The notes beneath the pieces were generated by a model. It saw only the letters and a list, made by a program, of their open reading frames with translations. It had not been told where the DNA came from and did no database searches. From a virus, in IMG/VR virus record IMGVR_UViG_3300047548_000772, positions 32,001 to 96,000 of that record: a DNA stretch of 64,000 bases, one strand, 5' to 3'. The translations under genes and the position numbers were made by a program. The stretch's first letter is position 1. Each line of letters begins with the position of its first letter. Positions 7,523 through 14,149 of this stretch are shown here, piece by piece.

Positions 7523-8848
7523 GTGATCAATAAATATCACACCATGAGTAGCTACGCACATATTGTACTAGACCGAAGTTGTTTAAACTTCCAAAGTATT
7601 AGTGCGAATCAAGTTGTAACCGATATTTGTGCAAAATATTGCAATCAAGATAATTTGGTGTTGATACTAAACATAATCTATGAGTGTGCGATTCATGAAA
7701 ACTTCTTAGACAAAGTCGCTGAGACAATCGAAAAATTAAAAAAAGCACAGCCGACATGGAAAGTTTTGTTGTTGTGTAATACTTGGCATCAATCACAGAA
7801 AAAAACTTTTCTTGCCGATGGTGTGTTGTACATAGATTTTTTTCTATACAGAATCTATAGAGAATCTATTGTTTTTCGACGCAATAGTCAACCAAGTCCT
7901 TGGAACCACAATGCATCAAAGTTTTTGTTTTTAACTGGCGTACCAACGTCGGAAAACAGAGTTAAGTTGTTGTACAAATTACAACAAGCAAATTTATTAA
8001 AAGATTGCAAATGGTCTTTGTTTGGTTTTGGACAGCACAGAGAAGAAAATATTGCTCATGTGTGCAATCAAATTCCAGAACTTAGCAGAGACGAGATTAT
8101 AAAATTTGTCGACGAGCATGAGCAAACACTCGATGATATAACAATACCTGCTATTGATGATTTAGCAGAACCCACGTACAATGGCATTATGTACGATGTG
8201 AACTTTTATGCTCAAACAAAGTTTTCAATAGTGCCAGAAACACTTTACTCAAATCCATGGAACAGTCAAACTATCGCTGATAATCCATGGCTTACTGAAA
8301 AAACGTGGAGAACAATCCTTAACAATCATCCTTTTATAATGGCGTCGACTCCAAACACATTAAAAAAGCTCAACTCAATGTCTTTTCAAACATACGAGCA
8401 CACGTTGCCGTTTCCTGATTACGACAGCACACAAGACAAAGAAGATCGACTTGCTAAGATTGTTGCAAATGCTGAATACTGGACACATAACATTGTATCT
8501 CATACTAACGATATCAACAACATGGTCAAATACAATGCTGACTTGGTTCGTACAATGTATTTTCAAAATTTAGATAAAATTAACAATTTTATCAAGCAAC
8601 ATAACTTATCAATGTCATGTGACGATCTTGTTAACACTGGGTCGGATCACCAACGTTTTTATACCGGCGATCAAATACGCCAATTTGAAGCTGACAATCA
8701 TTTTAAAAACTTTTATAATGACATACGCGATCCATCGTGGCCCGAGTGTGCCAAGGAATCGGATTTCTTTTTATTGCCAAAGCACGTTCAGCAAGAGTGC
8801 ACCGACACATTTGGTTATAAACCAAACACAAATGTAATTATGCCCTAG
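7523..8848 (+). CDS. Glycosyltransferase-like protein (ET..TEK family); stop codon lies inside tRNA-Leu
   Basis: FSIVPET...LTEKTWRTILNNHPF motif shared with three other ORFs; C-terminal FYNDIRDPSWPEC module. True start may be 7544. Confidence 0.65.
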   Translation: MINKYHTMSSYAHIVLDRSCLNFQSISANQVVTDICAKYCNQDNLVLILNIIYECAIHENFLDKVAETIEKLKKAQPTWKVLLLCNTWHQSQKKTFLADGVLYIDFFLYRIYRESIVFRRNSQPSPWNHNASKFLFLTGVPTSENRVKLLYKLQQANLLKDCKWSLFGFGQHREENIAHVCNQIPELSRDEIIKFVDEHEQTLDDITIPAIDDLAEPTYNGIMYDVNFYAQTKFSIVPETLYSNPWNSQTIADNPWLTEKTWRTILNNHPFIMASTPNTLKKLNSMSFQTYEHTLPFPDYDSTQDKEDRLAKIVANAEYWTHNIVSHTNDINNMVKYNADLVRTMYFQNLDKINNFIKQHNLSMSCDDLVNTGSDHQRFYTGDQIRQFEADNHFKNFYNDIRDPSWPECAKESDFFLLPKHVQQECTDTFGYKPNTNVIMP

Positions 8849-8921
8849 TGGCGGAACTGTGGAAGACGCATCTGCTTAAGAGGCAGACACATTGCGGGTT
8901 CGAATCCCGCCTAGGGTACCA
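8842..8921 (+). tRNA. tRNA-Leu(AAG), A34 anticodon, short variable region
   Basis: Perfect 5-bp stem tctgc/gcaga around ttAAGag; Leu-type D-arm; A73; CCA. Confidence 0.8.
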
Positions 8922-8922
8922 T

Positions 8923-8996
8923 GCTCCTATAGTATAATGGCATTACACTACATTGGTAATGTAGCAACCCTGGATCGTAACCAGGTGGGAGCACCA
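8923..8996 (+). tRNA. tRNA-Thr(GGT) with non-canonical T-loop (ATCGTAA)
   Basis: ctaca-ttGGTaa-tgtag; T-stem cctgg/ccagg; CCA. Confidence 0.85.
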
Positions 8997-8997
8997 A

Positions 8998-9236
8998 TTA
9001 CTTTTTGCTAAATTGTCGGCTAATAGTGTTACGACGATGTTTTAAGTAACTGTCAGTTGAGTTAACTCGACCGTCGTTATTGATATCCGAGTCTTCATGT
9101 CCAACTGGGTCTAAGTTTTCACCAACTTTGCCCCAACCAGATTTAGCACGAATAGCAAACGCAAGTTCACGCATACGCCTGACATCATGTGGTTTTCAAG
9201 CAAGATATTTTTAAATTTTCTAATTGGATCGTTCAT
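8998..9236 (-). pseudogene. Frameshifted small gene with an EF-hand/dockerin-like DxNxDGxV motif
   Basis: AAGGAG RBS and [15 protein letters not shown] in one frame; [28 protein letters not shown] in the -1 frame. Confidence 0.5.
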
Positions 9237-9302
9237 CTGTTACTCCTTTAAAAGTACTTAACGGTTGACAAGAAATACAGTACTGTACTAAAGTTATATG
9301 AT

Positions 9303-9380
9303 GCGCCCGTAGCTCAGTCGGATTAGAGTATCACGCTACGAACGTGAGGGTCGGAGGTTCAAGTCCTTCCGGGTGCGCCA
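9303..9380 (+). tRNA. tRNA-Arg(ACG)
   Basis: tcacg-ctACGaa-cgtga; CCA. Confidence 0.95.
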
Positions 9381-9389
9381 AAATAGAGG

Positions 9390-9418
9390 TTGACCACTAA
9401 TTAAATTGTTGCTATAAT
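9390..9418 (+). promoter_or_regulatory. Sigma70-type promoter
   Basis: TTGACC-17 nt-TATAAT. Confidence 0.8.
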
Positions 9419-9462
9419 AGTGGCTTAATAAGTAGTACTGTTCATTAACAATTTAGAACAAT

Positions 9463-9547
9463 GCCCCGGTGGCGAAATTGGTAGACGCACCAGATTTAGG
9501 TTCTGGCGCAGAAATGTGTGTCGGTTCGAGTCCGACCTGGGGCACCA
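9463..9547 (+). tRNA. tRNA-Leu(TAG)
   Basis: 85 nt, variable arm; ccaga-ttTAGgt-tctgg; CCA. Confidence 0.95.
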
Positions 9548-9616
9548 TATTGAAATACGTTTCGAGTCCATGTCTCCTCCGCCTAGGTAAGGAGGGTTAG
9601 CGTATTTCAATATGGT
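9544..9616 (+). repeat. tRNA 3'-trailer inverted-repeat element, copy 2
   Basis: Perfect 16-bp inverted repeat accatattgaaatacg/cgtatttcaatatggt starting at the tRNA ACCA. Confidence 0.88.
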
Positions 9617-9797
9617 TGTAAACGCAGTTGGTACTAACCAAAGTTGCCTGTTGGCGCAAGCAGGTGGGATTCCTGCAACTGCTAGAACTTTATAACCATA
9701 TGACGTTGGAAAGACAACTATGGCTCATGATTAAATCTGTGAACGATATTGGGGTTGGGCCGTTCCCAATATGCCGGATGTTTACACGTAACCGGCA
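9617..9797 (+). ncRNA. Candidate structured RNA
   Basis: gcagttg/caactgc, atattggg/cccaatat, gccgg/ccggc, long-range tgtaaac/gtttaca. Confidence 0.5.
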
Positions 9798-9805
9798 CGA
9801 ATTAT

Positions 9806-9890
9806 GCGAGTGTGGTGAAATAGGTAAACACAGCAGACTTAAAATCTGCCGGCGAAGGCCTTGGCGGTTCGATTCCGCCCACTCGCACCA
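9806..9890 (+). tRNA. tRNA-Leu(TAA)
   Basis: 85 nt; gcaga-ctTAAaa-tctgc; CCA. Confidence 0.95.
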
Positions 9891-9910
9891 AATTTTGTAT
9901 TGGATTTAAA

Positions 9911-10594
9911 ATGTCTACAACCGTACAGACTAAAATATTGCACAATGTCTACAGCGAAGATACGCTAAACTATCTCAGATCAGAAGTGGATAAGCGTGGC
10001 GTCGAAACAAAAAGTTTTCACGAATGGGAAGGACCAAAGTTAGGTCAACTACTAAGTGTTCGTTATAGACTTGCTTTAGATGAGCATCAAGATCTAAGAA
10101 ACATGGTGCTGTCACCATTGCCCGGCGATATCTCAACTGATCTTATTACGCATAGCTTTTCTCATTTGCGTTCATTTTCGCCATATGAAATTCATTCTGA
10201 TTGTGGATGGATTGAATGCAACGATGACGAAAGCCCATTTTACGCATTTGTTATTCCTTTGGAAACATGTGTGGCAAAAACAATTCTACTAAACCAAATG
10301 CACGAAGGTTTACACTTTGTAGATTATAAAAAGTCATACGGTCCATTACCAAAAGATCAACAAATCTCAGACGAGGACTTTCAAAAGTATTTTAGTCATT
10401 GTTGGCCGCACGAACAAGAGTATATTTCTATTCAAAATGTGTTTGACTGGACTGCTGGTTCAGTCCTTATGTTTGATACTAGATTTTTACACGCTAGCGA
10501 CAATTACATTTTAAATGGACTGCAAGAAAAAAACGCTTTTATTTTGTTCAGCAAAGTAAAAACTAAAAATTTATCAAAGTACTACCAATATTAG
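9911..10594 (+). CDS. Putative 2OG-Fe(II) oxygenase-fold protein
   Basis: HSD ... GSVLMFDTRFLH (HxD...H facial triad pattern). Confidence 0.6.
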   Translation: MSTTVQTKILHNVYSEDTLNYLRSEVDKRGVETKSFHEWEGPKLGQLLSVRYRLALDEHQDLRNMVLSPLPGDISTDLITHSFSHLRSFSPYEIHSDCGWIECNDDESPFYAFVIPLETCVAKTILLNQMHEGLHFVDYKKSYGPLPKDQQISDEDFQKYFSHCWPHEQEYISIQNVFDWTAGSVLMFDTRFLHASDNYILNGLQEKNAFILFSKVKTKNLSKYYQY

Positions 10595-10603
10595 GAGATC
10601 ACC

Positions 10604-10801
10604 ATGGCATTAAAAATTCCTGTTCGAACAGACAGACTCGACGTTGAAAAGTGCGCAGTTAACGCCGGCGGACGATTTAATTTGGTATTACTTGCTGCGC
10701 ATCGCGCAAGACAAATTGCTCGTAACAATCGCGGCAGCGACAAGTTTGAACACATACATCCAGCGGTAACTGCATTGCTGGAGATCCAAGAAGGTAAGTA
10801 A
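10604..10801 (+). CDS. rpoZ: RNA polymerase omega subunit homologue
   Basis: VEKC...RFNLVLLAAHRARQI...ALLEIQEGK matches the RpoZ pattern; AGGAG RBS. Confidence 0.8.
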   Translation: MALKIPVRTDRLDVEKCAVNAGGRFNLVLLAAHRARQIARNNRGSDKFEHIHPAVTALLEIQEGK

Positions 10802-10808
10802 GTTTTAA

Positions 10809-10847
10809 CGGAGTATAGCACAGTCTGGTAGTGCACCTGGTTTGGGA
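10809..10847 (+). pseudogene. 5' half of a disrupted tRNA-Pro(TGG)
   Basis: cggagta acceptor strand, D-arm gcac/gtgc, cctgg-ttTGGga, then the sequence breaks off. Confidence 0.85.
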
Positions 10848-10883
10848 AATTCTCGTTTTTAACACGCTAGCATAAATAATAGT

Positions 10884-11369
10884 ATGAAAAACAGAGTTAC
10901 ACGACCCGGACTTGTTGCAATGAATCGCAAGATTGCTTGCCAGTATTGCAGTAAGGAAACTACCTTAGGAAACATTAAAAAACATGAAGATTCGTGTTAC
11001 CTGAATCCTAAGAATATAGTAAGTTGTAAAAATTGTGGTAGCCCAATTAAAAACTATAAGTCATCAAAAGGCACTTGTAGTCGCAGTTGTGCTAACACCC
11101 ATTTTAAAAGCGGCGAGAATAATGGAAATTGGAAAGGCACACAATACCAAACACTTTGCTTCTCGCAGCACAAGAAAGAGTGCATAATTTGCGGCGAGGA
11201 TAAAATAGTTGCGGTCCATCATTTAAATGAAGACCACAACGATAACAGAATTGAAAATTTAGTTCCGTTATGTCCTACGCATCATCAATATATGCACAGC
11301 AGATATAAATCAGAAATTCAACACAAAGTTGATGAGTATGTTAAGCAGTTTATTCTCAGTGTCGCTTAG
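10884..11369 (+). CDS. HNH homing endonuclease; stop codon inside tRNA-Pro
   Basis: N-terminal CxxC Zn motifs, CSRSCAN, VHHLNEDHNDNRIENLVPLCPTHH. Confidence 0.9.
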   Translation: MKNRVTRPGLVAMNRKIACQYCSKETTLGNIKKHEDSCYLNPKNIVSCKNCGSPIKNYKSSKGTCSRSCANTHFKSGENNGNWKGTQYQTLCFSQHKKECIICGEDKIVAVHHLNEDHNDNRIENLVPLCPTHHQYMHSRYKSEIQHKVDEYVKQFILSVA

Positions 11370-11435
11370 CCTGGCCGATAGCACCTGCTTTGGGAGCAGG
11401 AATCACCGTAGGTTCGAATCCTACCACTGAGACCA
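11355..11435 (+). tRNA. tRNA-Pro(TGG), intact replacement copy
   Basis: ctcagtg/cactgag acceptor; cctgc-ttTGGga-gcagg; CCA. Confidence 0.9.
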
Positions 11436-11473
11436 ATTTGGAGCATAAGGTTCGAATCCTACTACTCCGACCA
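11436..11473 (+). pseudogene. 3' remnant of the disrupted tRNA-Pro
   Basis: agg-ttcgaat-cct T-arm core, then tactccg-A-CCA, exactly complementary to cggagta at 10809. Confidence 0.85.
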
Positions 11474-11485
11474 AGTTTAATTGTT

Positions 11486-12187
11486 ATGAACTATCATTAT
11501 AATCATGTTGTTATATTTTTTCTCCCCGGAGCAGCAGGGAACTTCATAGGTCGTTGTTTAAATTTACTAAACAACGTAAACTGTTTCGTCGACAGTAAGT
11601 TGTTAACTTTTCCAAAAACCATAGAAGAAAAGTTAGAACTTCTGTCCTATCGAGAAGTTGTAAATAGAACTTCCACAGAATCAAATTGGATCGATTTTGA
11701 ACGTAAGATTGGTTTATTTTATAATGTTAGCCAATGGCACGAGCAAATTAGTCATGGCCAATATGTAGTGCAACTTCGTCATCCTGACAGCAACAATCAC
11801 CATAACAACGTTCGTTCCAAAAATGACAGAAATTTTCTAGTTTACATTGATCCTACTGAGGTTTATGAGTGGCACTTTTTAAACTGTTTATATAAAAATA
11901 GTTTTCCAAATGTAAACTATTTTATCGGATCCAAAGAAATTATTCAGGACCCGGATGTGTTTCAACTTAAACTCAAAGGTATAATCACTAACATCGAAAC
12001 ATTTTGGTACGAATTTATTAGACTTTGCAATCACATTGAGTGCAAAGTTAGCCCAGAAGAAGAACAAGCAATTAGAACTTTATACAATCAATGGATCACA
12101 ACAACACTACCCGAAAATAAGTTCGAAGAATTTAAGAATCAAATCGGGTTAAATATACAATTCCCCAGTAGCTCAGCGGTAGAGTAG
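11486..12187 (+). CDS. Hypothetical protein (P-loop/sulfotransferase-like N-terminus); stop codon inside tRNA-Asn
   Basis: VIFFLPGAAGNFIGR motif; start reassigned to ATG 11486 because the upstream in-frame stretch is tRNA. Confidence 0.6.
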   Translation: MNYHYNHVVIFFLPGAAGNFIGRCLNLLNNVNCFVDSKLLTFPKTIEEKLELLSYREVVNRTSTESNWIDFERKIGLFYNVSQWHEQISHGQYVVQLRHPDSNNHHNNVRSKNDRNFLVYIDPTEVYEWHFLNCLYKNSFPNVNYFIGSKEIIQDPDVFQLKLKGIITNIETFWYEFIRLCNHIECKVSPEEEQAIRTLYNQWITTTLPENKFEEFKNQIGLNIQFPSSSAVE

Positions 12188-12236
12188 ATGACTGTTAATC
12201 ATTTGGTCCGTGGTTCGATCCCACGCTGGGGAGCCA
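12162..12236 (+). tRNA. tRNA-Asn(GTT)
   Basis: tccccag/ctgggga acceptor; gatga-ctGTTaa-tcatt; CCA. Confidence 0.93.
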
Positions 12237-12256
12237 AACATAAATAGTAGTTCAAT

Positions 12257-12332
12257 GGGGGTATAGCTCAGCTGGGAGAGCAGTAGCTTTGCAAGCTAAA
12301 GGTCATCGGTTCGATCCCGTTTACCTCCACCA
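12257..12332 (+). tRNA. tRNA-Ala(TGC)
   Basis: G3:U70 pair; tagc-ttTGCaa-gcta; CCA. Confidence 0.93.
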
Positions 12333-12340
12333 AGTTTTTC

Positions 12341-12416
12341 GCTGCCTTAGCTCAGTTGGTAGAGCAACTGATTTGTAATCAGTAGGTCGTCAGTTCGAAT
12401 CCGACAGGCAGCGCCA
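12341..12416 (+). tRNA. tRNA-Thr(TGT), copy 1 (G73)
   Basis: actga-ttTGTaa-tcagt; CCA. Confidence 0.93.
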
Positions 12417-12422
12417 CAATTA

Positions 12423-12498
12423 GGGTCTTTAGCTCAGTTGGTAGAGCATCTGCCTTACAAGCAGAATGTCATCAGTTCGAACCTGGTAGGACCCACCA
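12423..12498 (+). tRNA. tRNA-Val(TAC)
   Basis: tctgc-ctTACaa-gcaga; CCA. Confidence 0.93.
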
Positions 12499-12572
12499 AG
12501 GTACTCCTTATTCGCGTCTTGCACAATAGCGGGTAAGGGAAAGGCGATGTGCAAGTCGCCTGAGAGTTTTAT

Positions 12573-12648
12573 GCGGCAGTAGCTCAGTTGGTAGAGCGAT
12601 ACCTTGCCAAGGTATAGGTCGAGAGTTCGAGACTCTTCTGCCGCTCCA
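12573..12648 (+). tRNA. tRNA-Gly(GCC)
   Basis: atacc-ttGCCaa-ggtat; U73; CCA. Confidence 0.95.
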
Positions 12649-12719
12649 GTAATATGTCCCAGTCCTCTGTAGTTTAAACCTCTTTGAATGTTTAGACGCA
12701 CGGCTGGGATCTCTTTTAA

Positions 12720-12795
12720 GGTTAGGTAGCTCAGTAGGTAGAGCAGCGGATTGAAAATCCGCGTGTCGACAGTTCGATTCTGTCCCTGACCACCA
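12720..12795 (+). tRNA. tRNA-Phe(GAA)
   Basis: gcgga-ttGAAaa-tccgc; CCA. Confidence 0.95.
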
Positions 12796-12796
12796 A

Positions 12797-13579
12797 TTAA
12801 ACATAATTGTGTTTTTTTAAAAATTCATATAGTTTATAATGAGATAATTTGTTAGGATGGTTGCCGTCAGGCCAAAAATATATACCGCTAGCATGCACAA
12901 AGTCGTTTCTTTCGAAACCGCGCTCTATATTTTTTAATAATTGTTCCATTCCACTGATCGGCAATGTCTGCTTTAATTTTTCAATTAATCCTTCGATCTG
13001 AGACGTGTACCAACTATAAAGTGGGCGTTCGATATTAGGATTACCAGTGGTAACAAGCTGCAATAAACTTTGACAAGCAATGTTTACGCCCGGGTATTTA
13101 AAGTTTGTTGGATCTACAGTATCCGACACTCCCCCAATGATGTACACAGGAGAACGTATTTGTAATGCTATACGAGACAGCTCTCTATAAAAATGATCCA
13201 GCCAGCGGTTAATTAACTCATCTTCTGAATCAAGGTTGTAAAAATCTTCGTTGGTGCTATGTTTGTAATCTCGATTATATTCAGTCTGAAAAACAAATAT
13301 TTTGCTAGGCCTAATACCGGGATTGTGCGCTATCCAGCAGTTGATCTTAGCAATAATATCTTTGTTTGATGAGCCAAGAATTGATATATTGGCTGTTTCG
13401 TAACCGTCTTCATTTAAAAACTGAGCTAGGCCACCGTGAATTAGCACACCTCGGTCAAGTTCTTCTTTTACATAAGAAAATGAATCGAGTTTATCTCGAG
13501 AAGCAGAGTAAGGAAAAGGACGTTTTTCATGTTCTTCCCAAACACCGCAACCCCAACTACATCCTGCTATTAAAATCAT
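12797..13579 (-). CDS. SGNH/GDSL hydrolase-like protein
   Basis: IAGCSWG block I, DGNHP block V; start set at MILIAG after ATAAATA on the minus strand. Confidence 0.65.
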   Translation of the reverse strand: MILIAGCSWGCGVWEEHEKRPFPYSASRDKLDSFSYVKEELDRGVLIHGGLAQFLNEDGYETANISILGSSNKDIIAKINCWIAHNPGIRPSKIFVFQTEYNRDYKHSTNEDFYNLDSEDELINRWLDHFYRELSRIALQIRSPVYIIGGVSDTVDPTNFKYPGVNIACQSLLQLVTTGNPNIERPLYSWYTSQIEGLIEKLKQTLPISGMEQLLKNIERGFERNDFVHASGIYFWPDGNHPNKLSHYKLYEFLKKHNYV

Positions 13580-13587
13580 AAACATAT

Positions 13588-13783
13588 TTATAGTTAAAGG
13601 TGTGAGCGAAAGACTGACTCTCGCCAAGTTAAATCCCAACTGCTAGGGAAGAACACCACCCACAGCCTCTGCCGCCGTTTGAGCGGGTCGTTGGCTACGA
13701 CTTTACACGTTGAATTGGGGAGTCGCGCAATGTGCAAGCATTGTACAGGACTCTTAAACATACAGCAGTACCTTTAACTATAA
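13588..13783 (+). ncRNA. Candidate ~196-nt structured RNA closed by a perfect 14-bp helix
   Basis: 13588-13601 is the exact reverse complement of 13770-13783; inner actgct/agcagt, gagtc/gactc, ccgc/gcgg, gtcgt/acgac. Strand inferred from neighbouring tRNAs. Confidence 0.6.
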
Positions 13784-13785
13784 TT

Positions 13786-13861
13786 CTGCTCGTAGCTCAA
13801 TGGATAGAGCAAGTGGCTTCTACCCACTAGGTTGGGAGTTCGACCCTCTCCGAGCAGGCCA
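13786..13861 (+). tRNA. tRNA-Arg(TCT)
   Basis: agtgg-ctTCTac-ccact; CCA. Confidence 0.93.
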
Positions 13862-13865
13862 ATTC

Positions 13866-13940
13866 GGTAATGTAGGACAATGGTAGTCTACCACCCTCAT
13901 AAGGTGTCTGTTGCTGGTTCGAGTCCAGCCATTACCACCA
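13866..13940 (+). tRNA. tRNA with CAT anticodon (elongator Met or lysidine Ile2)
   Basis: ggtaatg/cattacc acceptor; cacc-ctCATaa-ggtg; CCA; identity cannot be decided by eye. Confidence 0.85.
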
Positions 13941-13943
13941 ATT

Positions 13944-14020
13944 CGGCTCTTACGTCAACTGGATAGACTATCACGCTTCGAACGTGAAGGTTGTGGGTTC
14001 GAGTCCTGCAGAGCCGGCCA
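13944..14020 (+). tRNA. tRNA-Arg(TCG)
   Basis: tcacg-ctTCGaa-cgtga; CCA. Confidence 0.93.
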
Positions 14021-14048
14021 GATAAATACCCAATTATCGGAGATTAAC

Positions 14049-14147
14049 ATGATGTATGGGGTATTTTTTCTAGTGCTAGCGGGCATAATATTGTACGCAC
14101 AAATAGCAGCGGAACGTGAGTTCCAAGAGCGTAACAAAAAGAAGTAA
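14049..14147 (+). CDS. Small single-pass membrane peptide (32 aa)
   Basis: MMYGVFFLVLAGIILYAQ hydrophobic stretch; GGAG RBS; ATAAATA upstream. Confidence 0.55.
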   Translation: MMYGVFFLVLAGIILYAQIAAEREFQERNKKK

Positions 14148-14149
14148 AG

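Noticed and set aside
9115-9198. T4 gene 60-like translational bypass
   Set aside because: Matched AAC codons exist but there is no stop codon or hairpin right after the take-off site.
10847-11436. Self-splicing group I intron in tRNA-Pro
   Set aside because: The insert is fully accounted for by the HNH ORF and a complete tRNA; no room for P3-P7 core elements, and the remnant lacks the 3' anticodon strand.
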